Below are positions 19,014-30,145 of a stretch of DNA of 64,000 nucleotides, piece by piece (the first letter of the stretch is position 1; the number at the start of each line of letters is the position of its first letter). The stretch covers positions 32,001 through 96,000 of the forward strand of contig CAWFFH010000004.1 in assembly GCA_963815095.1 (NCBI GenBank). The letters are read 5' to 3'. The stretch is from Candidatus Bathyarchaeota archaeon (GTDB lineage Archaea > Thermoproteota > Bathyarchaeia > Bathyarchaeales > Bathycorpusculaceae). The notes beneath the pieces are model-generated. The model made no database searches and was not told the DNA's origin. It worked only from the letters and a program-made list of their open reading frames with translations. Both the position numbers and the translations under genes were made by a program.

Positions 19014-20357
19014 TTAGCCCATAAAGAAATCCGATATCCTCTTTTGAAACAGAGCCTTTTTTAATAATTCACTCTGTTGTATCCAGCGTTGCATCGGAAT
19101 CTCAAATCTGCTGCTGATGAATTGGAGGGATTCGGCGAGGTTTTTGAACAGGTGGGGTTTTTGGTGCATGGCGTTGCGTACATTTTCACGGACTTGCCAC
19201 ACCCCAATGGGCATGATGTAACCCGGTCGGGCTTCTCTTAGTACTATAGCGATGGCTTGGCGGCGTTCTTTTTGAAGTTGTTCGCAAATAGCCAAGCGAG
19301 CGGAATAGTAGCAGCCTCCAATTTGGGCATAGGTGGTGCGTCCGCTATTGCCTTCCCAATCGCTAAATATTGCAATGTTTGAGCCTGCAGGGTTCCAAAC
19401 GGTGCCCGGCCACCATGCTTCCATCGATTCATAGCTCCATTGAGCCGGAATCATCAAAATCTCAAAAACGTTATCCATGTAGATAGATTCGTAAACTCGG
19501 TACTCGTTGATTTCGGGAAAAGTTTTGACTTTTTCTCGGAGATTCTTGGAGATAATGTCATCGACGGCTGTAATGCTCCATCTGGTTGGGACAAGACGAC
19601 GTTTCTTTTCTACTCCGAAGGCGCCGACGCTGAAAGCTTTCTGAATCTTACTGACCATAACGCCTCGGTTGTAGAGCTCAACCACTGCATTGGTTGCCTT
19701 CAAATCTGTATCATAGTAGGCTCTCTCGATTTTGTCATCGTAGCGTGCGTTTCCGACATGGAGGTCGCGGATTGGTGCTGATGGACCAAATGGCTGTATA
19801 TCATCATCTAAGTAGATGGACCCTTGAGGCTTTTTTGTGAGGTTAAGTTCAATGTCTACGCAGCTATCGGCGAGGGCTAATTCCCGAGTCTGATCCAAGA
19901 TTTTACCTCCTTCCATAAACTTTTGTACGTTAACCCTGTGCTTGCCGCGAACAAGCAAACTGCGAAAACCAACAATCTCATCCATTGACTTCCCAAACCA
20001 GCGCTCAGGTAAATCATAAATCTCTGTGTCCTCATGAACAGGCGGTACAAGCGGTCCTGCGTAAACGTTAGGGTACCCAATTCTTCCGATAAATACGCTT
20101 GGCGGAGACATGCCATCGATGTCTTCGCGGGACATTAGTGGGACGCTTTTGAGAAAGTAATTGACTTTTACCATTATTGGGCAACGGGTTTTGCCGCATA
20201 ATGCTCGGGCACCCTTACAGAGGACGCATACGCTGTCTTTGCTGGCACGGGTGGTGATTTGTTGCTGATCGATGGCGTTGCCGTTTATTTTCTTTATTAC
20301 GTCTACTAGCCAGTTATCGGGTTTTGTTGTCGCTTGGGTTTTTTGGATGAGCGTCAT
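19014..20357 (-). CDS. nreA: Archaeal DNA repair protein NreA
   Basis: CVLCKGARALCGKTRCP, RRLVPTRWSITAVD, GGCYYSARL, C-terminal PIP box QKRISDFF. Confidence 0.9.
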   Translation of the reverse strand: MTLIQKTQATTKPDNWLVDVIKKINGNAIDQQQITTRASKDSVCVLCKGARALCGKTRCPIMVKVNYFLKSVPLMSREDIDGMSPPSVFIGRIGYPNVYAGPLVPPVHEDTEIYDLPERWFGKSMDEIVGFRSLLVRGKHRVNVQKFMEGGKILDQTRELALADSCVDIELNLTKKPQGSIYLDDDIQPFGPSAPIRDLHVGNARYDDKIERAYYDTDLKATNAVVELYNRGVMVSKIQKAFSVGAFGVEKKRRLVPTRWSITAVDDIISKNLREKVKTFPEINEYRVYESIYMDNVFEILMIPAQWSYESMEAWWPGTVWNPAGSNIAIFSDWEGNSGRTTYAQIGGCYYSARLAICEQLQKERRQAIAIVLREARPGYIMPIGVWQVRENVRNAMHQKPHLFKNLAESLQFISSRFEIPMQRWIQQSELLKKALFQKRISDFFMG

Positions 20358-20434
20358 GTTCGCTGTGATAATTATGTTGTTGTCTCATATGTTTTTTTCT
20401 ACATGAAAATGTATAAAACGCCCTTTTTTTAACT

Positions 20435-21013
20435 TCATCTATCATAAAGTAGTCGTGTAATCTTTTTTATGAACAACATCAAACGTTTCGGAAGTTTTGG
20501 TTTGGCCTCATCCACCATTTTCCACACAGTGGGAAGCGGAAACGGAGTTATGTTTGCGTCTATAATTTTTAGTTCCCCGTCGATTCTCTTAAGGTTGTCT
20601 GCTTTAATGTCAAAGAGACCATACTTGTACACAATCCCTCTTAAATTATCCAATTCCTGTTGGGAAACTATCGCAGGAGACCCATACTGCTGCAACAGGC
20701 AGTATTTAGTGTGCCAAAAAATTTTAGCAAACAGTTGATGCCTCTGACTCTCAGGGACTCGCTTGTAGGCCCGATGGTCATTCTCAATACTCCTTTTTGC
20801 CCCAACTTTGAGAACGATTCCCTGATCTTCTGAGTGGATTCCGAAAACAATTTTGTGCCAACCAAAATTTTTAACATAAAAATCCGGAAACGCCTTCAGG
20901 ACTAATTCCTTTAATTCTTCTTGAGAAATAACCGATGTTACGTTTGAGTGCATGTACAGGTCTATTAAATGGTCGATTTGCCTGGCTTTATAATGGAGCA
21001 TTTTGTACTTCAA
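20435..21013 (-). CDS. Protein-kinase-like fold protein
   Basis: VLKVG, DIKADN catalytic-loop-like and IID metal-binding-like motifs. Confidence 0.5.
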   Translation of the reverse strand: MKYKMLHYKARQIDHLIDLYMHSNVTSVISQEELKELVLKAFPDFYVKNFGWHKIVFGIHSEDQGIVLKVGAKRSIENDHRAYKRVPESQRHQLFAKIFWHTKYCLLQQYGSPAIVSQQELDNLRGIVYKYGLFDIKADNLKRIDGELKIIDANITPFPLPTVWKMVDEAKPKLPKRLMLFIKKITRLLYDR

Positions 21014-21179
21014 GGTTTAAGCGCTCAAAAAATTCTATATATCATTAGACCATAGGCGAATAATAAACCTAAAACGCTTTTTCATGTAATCCATACTCCA
21101 TGCATGAAAAGAATTGGCTCAGTCTCACAATAGACACTATTTTATCCACTCAGTTTCACCTGATTGGTTGCTGTATTGG

Positions 21180-21760
21180 AGGAAGAACAAAAACAGTTGA
21201 AGAATTTTGTTTGTTGTTGTTCATTCGACTGGAAACTAAATCGTAATGCTTCAAGATGATGCTTTGTCACGAGTTGTTGAAGACAACAACATTTTGCCCG
21301 TGTGGACACCTCCCAAAAAGGCAGAGTGACCACTGCTCTTAGAGCTAACAGTCACGTTGTGGGATATATGGGCGAAGGAATTAATGATGCTCGGTCTTTA
21401 AAAACTGCAGATGTAGGCTTATCGGTGGAAAACGCGGTTGATGTTGCCAAAGATCTGCTGACTTTATCCTTTGACATCTGACTTAACCGTTCTAGGCCAA
21501 GGTGTTTGGAATGCAGAAGACCTTCGGCAACTCCATGAAGTACATCATGATTGGGGTAAGTTCAAACTTTGGTACAATGTTTAGCGTTGCAGGAGCATCC
21601 CTGTTCCTAAACTTTCTGCCCATGACGGCGATTTAAATCCTCCTAAACAACCTATTGTACGACCTTTCAGAAGAACCATATCAACAGACAACGTTGACGA
21701 TGAGTATATAGAAAAACCCTAAAAACTGGTTATTTACTACATAAGAAGAACTAATCACCT
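21180..21760 (+). pseudogene. Degraded fragment of Mg2+-transporting P-type ATPase (MgtA-like)
   Basis: GYMGEGINDARSLKTADVGLSVENAVDVAK, MKYIMIGVSSNFGTMFSVAGAS, LLNNLLYD, with several stops and frameshifts; no N-terminal half. Confidence 0.8.
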
Positions 21761-21852
21761 GTAGATGCTTTACCTAAAACGGATTAGTATTCAAGATTCT
21801 TTGTGTGTTCTGAATAATCGTGTATTTTTTAACATTTAACGATAAAAGTAAA

Positions 21853-21930
21853 TGGCGCCCAGGCCGGGATTCGGACCCGGGTCCTACGGGCGACAGCCGT
21901 ACATACTAGACCGAACTATACTACCTGGGC
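21853..21930 (-). tRNA. tRNA-Asp(GTC), CCA encoded, no intron
   Basis: Acceptor GCCCAGG/CCTGGGC, anticodon arm TACGG-CTGTCGC-CCGTA, T-arm CCGGG-TCCGAAT-CCCGG. Confidence 0.95.
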
Positions 21931-22108
21931 ATAAGCGCCGCAACAATACTGACAACTTTAGCTAATTAACCTTTCTCGGATTAGACGTTGAATAGTTTGT
22001 TTATAACGTGGCTGTTTCTTATTGGAGCACGTTTGTTAGATTTTTATTTGGTTTAGCGACATTTTAATACTGTTTAGAATTATTACTGGGTATAATGTTT
22101 AAGGGTGG

Positions 22109-24017
22109 GTGAATCAAGTTCCTAAAAACTGATGGCAATGCAGTTCTACAGAAATATTGGGTTCCCATAGTCCTGCTGATGTTGACAGCAGCTGCGTTTG
22201 TCTTCGGCGACATCGGCATCTTCACCGCGTTGGTCTTCACTTTTTTAGTACCAGGTTTAATTGCACACAGATTTTTCAATTTAAAGCCGCATGAAATCTG
22301 GGCTTTCGTACCCATCTTCAGCATTTTAGTCTCCGTTACTCTAATTTACTATCTGTCTTTGTCCTTTGGATATTCACAGAACACCATAATTTTCAGTTTT
22401 CTCGCCTTAACCTCAATCTACGCGTTGGTAGTTTACGAGAAAGGCGAACCAATACAATTCCCCAAGTTTCGCAAACTAAAACAGATTAAAAAGACCAATT
22501 TATTGATTTTTGCGATTATATTTCTCGTCAGTCTTGCGGTCCTTTACCAAAGCGTCTGGCGCAGCGACCAATACGGCATTGTACTCACGGGGTCGAATTG
22601 GCAAGACACACCCTTCCATTACGAAATAATCGAATCCCTCAACCAAGGTAACTTCCCACCCCAAACCCCCAACTACATCGGCACCCCTATGACGTACCAT
22701 TACTTTGTAGATTTTCACACTGCTATCATTGAGAAAATGTATGGATATTTGCCCGGGTTGTTGCCTGTTTTAAATGCCTTGTTCATTTTGGTGTTCGGAG
22801 TATCGATTTATGCTTTGGCGCGACCTTACGGCAGAAAAGCTGCGGTTATCGCTACGATTTTAGCAGTTTTTGGTTGGGGGCTAAGCTATTTTGGCTTGTT
22901 CTCTACTCTGTTTAATGGGCAGTTTGATCCGAACCAAAATTACATTTACCAGTTTGGCAAGTTGTTTGGGTTGCCGTCCATGTTTGATAATTTGCTCCAG
23001 CAGCGTCCGTTGCTGGTTGGGTTGCCAGCGTTTGCGTTTGTGTTGGCTTTGCTTAAGGATATAGGTAACAAAAACCGCTTAATCCTTGCAGGCATACTCA
23101 CGGGGTTGGTATATCAGTTCCATAATGTGGCGTTCTTCTGTTGCTACGTCGTCTTCGCTATCTGTCTCATCCTAAACGTTAAACGGATCAAATTCAGCTA
23201 CTTGTACTTCTTGATTCCAAGCGTGTTTGCTTTGCCGTTTATTTTTGGCGGCGGTCCACCGTTAACGCTTGCTTTTAGTACCTCTTTTATTGCCCAGTTT
23301 GCCCAGAACCCCTTCATCTATTACTTCCTTAACCTCGGCATTCCATTCATACTAGCGATTGTCTCGTTTATCAAGCCTGGACACGAATACCTGAAGATAA
23401 CCTTCCTGCTATTGGTTTTGATTCCAAACATTTTGCTGTTAACGCCTTGGGTTTGGGATATGTACAAGTTTTTCATGTTTGCATGGATACCCATCGTGGT
23501 TTTAGCTGGTATAGTTTTGGCTAAAACGCCACGTATCGTTATAGTTACTTTGGTTTTGCTTTCAATAATCACATCAGCCAGTGTAATCATCTACAATGTT
23601 GAAACAAACTATTCTGGAGCAACTATGAGCGAGTACCAGTTGGGGTTGTGGGTTCGTGATAATACACCGCAGAACTCGGTGTTCTTGACTTACTATGGGA
23701 TTCATGAGCCGCCCAGTATGATTGGCGGTCGGTTACGGGTGACGTCATATTTCTATTGGCCATATGGTCATGGAATTCCGATGGATCAGGTTTTCCAGAG
23801 AGCTCATGATGTCGATGTGGCATACACGGGCAACGAAACACAGTTGGTAGGGGTGGTTCGCGAATACAATGTATCATATGTTTATGTTGGAAATGAAGAG
23901 TTGAGCAACTACCCCAATTGCGTTGCGCATTTCAATTCGATTCGGTTGCTTACGCAGGTTTATACGAATGAGAACTTGTTAATCTATCAAGTTGACTGGT
24001 CGCAAATGGGCACCTAG
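22109..24017 (+). CDS. Polytopic membrane protein, GT-C glycosyltransferase-like
   Basis: More than 12 TM segments, WQDTPFH...NFPPQTP...YHYF, C-terminal W..NTP...YNVSYVYVG domain. Confidence 0.65.
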
Positions 24018-24086
24018 CATTTACAATGGAGGTCCATATAGCATCTCGACAAGTCTTAAATACAAAAAACAATAAAAATACAACCC

Positions 24087-24506
24087 ATGACAACTAAATC
24101 AGCCAGCAAAATCTCAATCCACAAAATCCTCGTGCTATTCATTATCATTAACATCATCGGAGACCTCGGCAACGTTGCATTCTGGTGGGCAAGCATTTCT
24201 TCGCGAGAAGCATCCCTAAACACAGGATACATCGGAGTCGCTTTAGGCGTCAACAATGCCCTCACTATAGGCACAGTAGTTCTCCTAGTTGTTGCAGTCG
24301 CCTACATTGCAGCGTTTTTCGGCTTAATGAAGCAGATGAAGTGGGCGCTGCCATTAGTCATCGCCATCTCCATAGTGAACCGCGGACTTGCGCTAGTTCT
24401 CTACTTCGTCAGCCCCGCATTTGCTTTCTGGGCAGTCTGGACAATAATACTCGTAGCCCTTGCATACCTTGATTGGCGAAAGATGAACACCACAATGTCA
24501 CAGTAG
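24087..24506 (+). CDS. Hypothetical membrane protein
   Basis: 4 TM segments. Confidence 0.65.
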   Translation: MTTKSASKISIHKILVLFIIINIIGDLGNVAFWWASISSREASLNTGYIGVALGVNNALTIGTVVLLVVAVAYIAAFFGLMKQMKWALPLVIAISIVNRGLALVLYFVSPAFAFWAVWTIILVALAYLDWRKMNTTMSQ

Positions 24507-24535
24507 CGACACACGCATACATTTCCTAAATTTTT

Positions 24536-25024
24536 TTATTTCTGGCTTACTGGTGCTTGATGTTTTTTGCCTGAAATGTAATCTATGTCTATTCTTCCCA
24601 TTGTTGTATAAGTGAGTTTTTCAGGTTTAATTTTGGCCAGTTTCGCTTCAGGGTTGAGGGATACTTGCCGAACAAGCACTTCCATTGCGTGCTTTTTCTC
24701 ATTTAAATCGGAAATTAGACACAGTTTGCCGCTAAATTGAACCGATGTATACGCATAATCGCATTCTTCAGTTACCCCAAAATCTAGCAATGCTTGTCCC
24801 CAAACGTTGGGGTTGGCTTTTCCGTAGATGAGTTTTTTACCTTCAGGTGCGCAGTGGAAATAGAGGCAGTTTTTGGTTTGATCGTATCCGTGGCTTAATG
24901 AAACAAGATAAGGTTCGTTTTCCATGCAGAGGGCAACTGTTACATACTTGGTAGCTTTGAGAACCTGACGCATCTCATCAGCGTCGGTGATTTCCCGTTC
25001 TTTACGTCTAACATGAAAAGACAT
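24536..25024 (-). CDS. Pyridoxamine 5'-phosphate oxidase-like (NimA-type) flavin-binding protein
   Basis: RRKEREIT, PYLVSL, LYFHCAPEGKK, ISGK. Confidence 0.85.
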   Translation of the reverse strand: MSFHVRRKEREITDADEMRQVLKATKYVTVALCMENEPYLVSLSHGYDQTKNCLYFHCAPEGKKLIYGKANPNVWGQALLDFGVTEECDYAYTSVQFSGKLCLISDLNEKKHAMEVLVRQVSLNPEAKLAKIKPEKLTYTTMGRIDIDYISGKKHQAPVSQK

Positions 25025-25051
25025 GAATGCATTTTAAGCGAAAAGGGAATA

Positions 25052-25576
25052 TTAACTTTTTTCGCGCCGCAAGCCATGGTAAGCATTAACCACTTCTGCC
25101 TTGACGAAACACACGACGTCGGGTGTAAAAATAGCTAGCGATGCCAAGAGGAAGTTGAGAGGGAAAACAAGTGGGGATTCAAAAAGGTTACCTCCGTAGG
25201 ATCCATTGATGTTTTGCATGTAGCCCCAGAATTGAAACAGAGACCAACCAGCGGTCCACAGCCACGCACCACCAAGCCGTGCCAAAAACTTCCGCCTTCC
25301 ATTGAACCCTTCGCTGTGTAGATTGGCGTATAGGATTTCTCCTGCGATTGCACCTGCGCCTCCGGGGAAAAACGCGTTAACTAGAACTTTCTCCACAATA
25401 TTTCCGGGAACATATGGGGTAACCCATGGAACCATAAACATGCTCAAGATTGGCAGGTGAATGTTGCCTGTTACAAGCCTAATCGTTGCAGGTATAGAGT
25501 AGATGAGGGCGGCGCAAATTTGCCAAACCCAAAACCGCCTGCTTCGAAGCATGTTTACAATGGCTCTTGTATACAT
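25052..25576 (-). CDS. Hypothetical membrane protein
   Basis: Hydrophobic 174-aa ORF. Confidence 0.65.
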   Translation of the reverse strand: MYTRAIVNMLRSRRFWVWQICAALIYSIPATIRLVTGNIHLPILSMFMVPWVTPYVPGNIVEKVLVNAFFPGGAGAIAGEILYANLHSEGFNGRRKFLARLGGAWLWTAGWSLFQFWGYMQNINGSYGGNLFESPLVFPLNFLLASLAIFTPDVVCFVKAEVVNAYHGLRREKS

Positions 25577-25768
25577 AGCCTTTAAAGAATTCTTGATGTA
25601 TTAAAAATCTTTTCAAAATAGCTGAATTAAGTTTAACGGAACCTCTTAAATAGAAAGGCTTAAGGTAGACAGACTATGCCTTTGAATATTAATAATTTTC
25701 ATGTTCGGAGATATGCCTTTAAGCAGCTTCTCTTGTTTTGGGTAAATTGAAATTGTGTTGATGAATTA

Positions 25769-28333
25769 ATGCGAGATATTGATGTTGACTCAGTAACAGG
25801 ACTTTCAAGCGCTGAGGTTTCCCAAAAATTAAAAGAAGATGGCTACAATGAATTGCCCTCTTCCGGAAAACGAACCGTATTCAGCATAGCGTTCAGTGTA
25901 TTAAAAGAACCAATCTTCCTGTTGCTTGTTGCAAGCGGTAGCTTATACTTCATTCTTGGCGACGTCACCGAAGGCATAGTGCTTTTGAGCTTTGTTTTCG
26001 TCATCATCGGCATCACTGTTTACCAAGAACAAAAAACTGAAAATGCATTAGATGCACTAAAGAATCTTTCAAGCCCCAGGGCTCTGGTAATTCGGGATGG
26101 TGTGCAAAAGAGGATTCCTGGACGCGAAGTTGTTTCAGGCGACATAATTATCCTATCTGAGGGCGACCGTGTTCCTGCCGATTGCCTTCTTTTGACCTGC
26201 AACAACCTGATGATTGATGAAGCACTTCTTACTGGCGAGTCAGTTCCAGTGCGTAAGGTTGCTTGGGATGGTGAAGAAAAAACTTACCGAGCAGGCGGCG
26301 ACGATTTGCCTTTTGCCTATTCTGGTACCCTAATAATTCAGGGACAAGCCATTGCCGAGGTCAAGAACACGGGGTCAAAGACTGAAATGGGCAAAATCGG
26401 GGTTGTTTTGCAGAAAGTAGAGCGGGATGAAACTAGGCTAAAGCAAGAGATTAGTCACATAGTGCGAAACAGCGCCATCGTGGGTCTTAGTTTATGTGCC
26501 ATAATAATAGTTGTCTACGGCTTCACACGTCTGGACTGGATAGAAGGTTTCTTAGCAGGTATAACCTTGGCTATGGCAATTTTGCCTGAAGAGTTTCCTG
26601 TTGTCCTAACCATTTTTCTTGCGTTGGGCGCTTGGCGTATGTCTAAGAAAAACGTACTTACCCGACAAGTTCATGCCATAGAGAACCTAGGCGGCGCCAC
26701 AGTTCTCTGCGTAGACAAAACAGGAACATTAACACAGAACAAAATGTCTGTCCACAAACTATTTTCTAATGGTAAATTGTGCGAAATAGAGTCCCATGTA
26801 AAGTTACCACCTGACTTTTGCCATGAACTCGTAGAGTTTAGCGTCTTAGCCTGTAAAGAGGACCCGTTTGACCCAATGGAGAAAGCAATTAAAAGTTTCA
26901 CTGAAGGCGAATTCGCCAAAACTGAGCATGTTCACGATGATTGGCAATTAGTGCAGGAATACCCACTTTCCCAAAAACTGCTTGCAATGTCTAACGTTTG
27001 GATTTCGCCAAGTGGGGACGATTACATAATTGCGGCGAAGGGAGCACCAGAAGCCATAGTTGACCTCTGCCATTTCGATTCCGCTAAAGCAAAAGAGTTG
27101 TCTGTTCACATTCAAGCGATGGCTCAGGAAGGCCTAAGAGTACTCGGAGTAGCGAAGTCATCGTTTAAGAAAACTGATTTGCCGCATGAACAACACGATT
27201 TCGCTTTCAGCTTTCTGGGGCTTATTGGGTTCGCTGATCCCATAAGACAAAATGTCCCAGGCGCCGTTAAAGAATGCTACAGTGCAGGTATTCGTGTAGT
27301 TATGATTACGGGAGATTACCCCTTAACAGCCCAAAACATTGGCCGCCAAATTGGTCTTAGGTCGCCTGAAAACTTCATTACCGGGATAGAACTAGACCAG
27401 ATGTCCGATGAAACTCTGAAAGAACGAATTGGGAATGTTAACATTTTCGCTCGTGTAGTTCCTGAACAGAAACTTCGCATCGTAAATGCTTTCAAAAGTG
27501 CTGGCGAAGTTGTAGCAATGACTGGAGACGGCGTAAACGATGCACCTGCGCTTAAATCGGCAAATATCGGCATAGCCATGGGTGGACGTGGCACTGACGT
27601 TGCGCGCGAATCTGCTTCGATGGTGCTTTTGGATGACGATTTCACATCCATAGTAAGCGGAGTACGGATGGGACGTAGAATATATGATAATCTAAAGAAG
27701 GCAATTGCCTACATCTTCTCAATTCATATTCCTATCGCTGGCATGTCAGTTATTCCTGTGCTGTTTGGGTGGCCACTAATCTTGCTTCCCTTGCACATTG
27801 TCTTTTTAGAATTAATTATTGATCCTGCATGTTCCGTAGTTTTTGAAACTGAAGGAGAAGAAGCCAATATAATGGCTCGTAAACCCCGTAGTATGGATAA
27901 GAAACTTTTCAATAGGGAAGCCGCAATAGTTGCTTTCTTACAGGGTTTTGTTGTTCTGGTTATTGTGGCTCTGATATTCGTAAGTATCATAAATCGAGGA
28001 CTCGGAGAACAAACCGCTCGAACAATGGCTTTCGCAACCATAGTCACCGCGAATCTCGCGTTAATTTTGGCAAACCGCTCATGGGCTCACACAATCATCG
28101 GAACACTCAGAAAGCCCAACAAAGCTTTCTGGTGGATAATAGTAATCGCAATGTCTGCGCTGATATTAGTTATCTATGTTCCCCAGCTTAGTGGGCTCTT
28201 CGCCTTTAGCCCTCTGAACCCGATAAACCTCTTCATCAGCATAGCTGCAGGATTAGCAAGCATAATCTGGTTCGAAATATACAAGGCAGCTAAAATCTTC
28301 AGAAATCGTGAGGACTCAAAAATTTTCAAGTAA
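25769..28333 (+). CDS. Cation-translocating P-type ATPase (P2A-like)
   Basis: LTGES, PEEFP, DKTGTLT, MITGD, TGDGVNDAPALK. Confidence 0.95.
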   Translation: MRDIDVDSVTGLSSAEVSQKLKEDGYNELPSSGKRTVFSIAFSVLKEPIFLLLVASGSLYFILGDVTEGIVLLSFVFVIIGITVYQEQKTENALDALKNLSSPRALVIRDGVQKRIPGREVVSGDIIILSEGDRVPADCLLLTCNNLMIDEALLTGESVPVRKVAWDGEEKTYRAGGDDLPFAYSGTLIIQGQAIAEVKNTGSKTEMGKIGVVLQKVERDETRLKQEISHIVRNSAIVGLSLCAIIIVVYGFTRLDWIEGFLAGITLAMAILPEEFPVVLTIFLALGAWRMSKKNVLTRQVHAIENLGGATVLCVDKTGTLTQNKMSVHKLFSNGKLCEIESHVKLPPDFCHELVEFSVLACKEDPFDPMEKAIKSFTEGEFAKTEHVHDDWQLVQEYPLSQKLLAMSNVWISPSGDDYIIAAKGAPEAIVDLCHFDSAKAKELSVHIQAMAQEGLRVLGVAKSSFKKTDLPHEQHDFAFSFLGLIGFADPIRQNVPGAVKECYSAGIRVVMITGDYPLTAQNIGRQIGLRSPENFITGIELDQMSDETLKERIGNVNIFARVVPEQKLRIVNAFKSAGEVVAMTGDGVNDAPALKSANIGIAMGGRGTDVARESASMVLLDDDFTSIVSGVRMGRRIYDNLKKAIAYIFSIHIPIAGMSVIPVLFGWPLILLPLHIVFLELIIDPACSVVFETEGEEANIMARKPRSMDKKLFNREAAIVAFLQGFVVLVIVALIFVSIINRGLGEQTARTMAFATIVTANLALILANRSWAHTIIGTLRKPNKAFWWIIVIAMSALILVIYVPQLSGLFAFSPLNPINLFISIAAGLASIIWFEIYKAAKIFRNREDSKIFK

Positions 28334-28493
28334 AATCTCATTGCAGATTTTTGAAAAAGCTTGTTGGACTAATGTTGTAGGGAAAGTAGCGGGAACCTTA
28401 AACTACAACTTTTGTTAATTTCTAAAATAGACAAGGCAAGAATCAATAAATATAAAATTCTGTAATTGAGCGAGTATGTTGTTTATGTGGCTG

Positions 28494-28614
28494 TAGTCCA
28501 AAAGGAAGAGTTGAGCGGACCAAGCCATACACTAACCAAGACAAGGCCTAAAAATCGGGTGGGCAACGGCCTTTTCTTGGTTAGAAGCCAAATCCGCTCA
28601 ACTTTTGTTGGCTA
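28494..28614 (+). ncRNA. Putative structured ncRNA (long interrupted hairpin)
   Basis: 28509-28519 pairs with 28593-28603 (11 bp); 28532-28548 pairs with 28568-28584 (16/17); upstream TATA-like 28445-28457. Confidence 0.4.
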
Positions 28615-28825
28615 TCCCTTGCATTCCTACTTAATGGTAAGTCGCCGGAAAATATAAGCCGATGTTGGTTACATCCTGATGTTACAAGTTTGAGAAAAGT
28701 GATTTTTCTGAATATATTTTCCATTATGATCCAAATATACCCGAAAACGAAAGACTAAGGTAACAAGGGTGAGCGAGTGTTTAAAAGAATAATCACCTCA
28801 TCTTAGTTATCTTGGAGATCACTGC

Positions 28826-30100
28826 ATGCCATCTTTCCAACCTGTCCGCGGAATGAGAGACCTAATCGGTGAAGAAGCCCAAACCTTCACATACATTATC
28901 AACAAGGCACGGGAAACCGCCTCCCTTTATGGCTACAAAGAAGTCATAACACCACACGTGGAACCCCTCGAATTGTTGAGTGCTAAGTCAGGCGAGGAAA
29001 TTAGGCAACGCATGTTTATTTTCAAAGACCTTGGCGATCGATTAGTCGCTTTGCGTCCAGAGTTTACTGCCTCAATTGCGCGGTTAGCAACAACTTCGCT
29101 GAAGAACGAGCCTAAGCCGCTCCGCATGTTCTCTGTTGGCACCGTTTACCGATACGATGAACCCCAACGTGGACGTTACCGCGAGTTTTGGCAATCAAAC
29201 TTCGAATTAATGGGCTCAGCCAAACCCGAGGCCGACGCCGAAATTGTTTTGCTTACAAATAATTTTATGAAATCATTGGGTTTGCATAATTACGCCTTCA
29301 AAATTGGCCACATAGGCGTGATTCGAGGAATCCTCAGCCAAGAAGGCGTAGAAGAGAAAACCCAGAATGCCGTTTTGCAACGGATGGATAAAAAAGAGTA
29401 TGATGAGGCGCTCAAACTTCTGGAATCGGAGAAGTGCCGAAGCATGCTGAGAGGATTAATTGAAATCAAGGGTAACGATTGGCTTGACTCGGTCGAGCAA
29501 ATCCAAAAACATGTTGCAAGCTGCGAAAAAGCCAAAGCTGCCGCAGAAAACCTCGCTGAAGTTATAAAACTCATAGTGGAAAGCACAGAGCTATCCATTA
29601 TTGTTGAGCCAGCATTCGCCCGAGGATTAGAATACTACACTGGCATTATTTTTGAAATCTACATTCCTGGATTGGAAATTGCGTTAGGTGGTGGCGGACG
29701 ATACGACAAGCTTATCGAAACCTTCGGCGGAGAACCTACACCAGCAGTTGGTTGCGCCCATGGAATCGACCGTGTTGCAATTGCCTTGCAAACCCAAAAG
29801 ACCCCTCTTACCCCAAAAAAAGAAAAGAAAGTTGCAGTTTTACCCATCACTGAAGCGATGAAGTTGGAAGCGCTCAAGATTTCTCAAGAATTACGTGCAG
29901 CGGGGATTACCGTTGAGTTTGAGGTTATGGGCAGAAAAATGGCGAAAGCCCTTGAAGATGCAGACAAACGCAAAGTAGACTTTGCCGTTATCGTTGGTGA
30001 ACGAGAACTCAAAGAAGGCGCCGTCGTACTCAAGGATTTAACTAAAAGGGAACAAAGCATAATCCCAATCGATAAACTGGTCGAAAAAATTAAAAACTAA
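28826..30100 (+). CDS. hisS: Histidine--tRNA ligase
   Basis: RGMRD, LRPEFT, RYDEPQRGRYREFWQ, RGLEYYTG, GGGRYD. Confidence 0.97.
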   Translation: MPSFQPVRGMRDLIGEEAQTFTYIINKARETASLYGYKEVITPHVEPLELLSAKSGEEIRQRMFIFKDLGDRLVALRPEFTASIARLATTSLKNEPKPLRMFSVGTVYRYDEPQRGRYREFWQSNFELMGSAKPEADAEIVLLTNNFMKSLGLHNYAFKIGHIGVIRGILSQEGVEEKTQNAVLQRMDKKEYDEALKLLESEKCRSMLRGLIEIKGNDWLDSVEQIQKHVASCEKAKAAAENLAEVIKLIVESTELSIIVEPAFARGLEYYTGIIFEIYIPGLEIALGGGGRYDKLIETFGGEPTPAVGCAHGIDRVAIALQTQKTPLTPKKEKKVAVLPITEAMKLEALKISQELRAAGITVEFEVMGRKMAKALEDADKRKVDFAVIVGERELKEGAVVLKDLTKREQSIIPIDKLVEKIKN

Positions 30101-30145
30101 AAAGGAAAAATAGATTGTTGAAGCCTCAAAAGAGGCTTAATTTCT

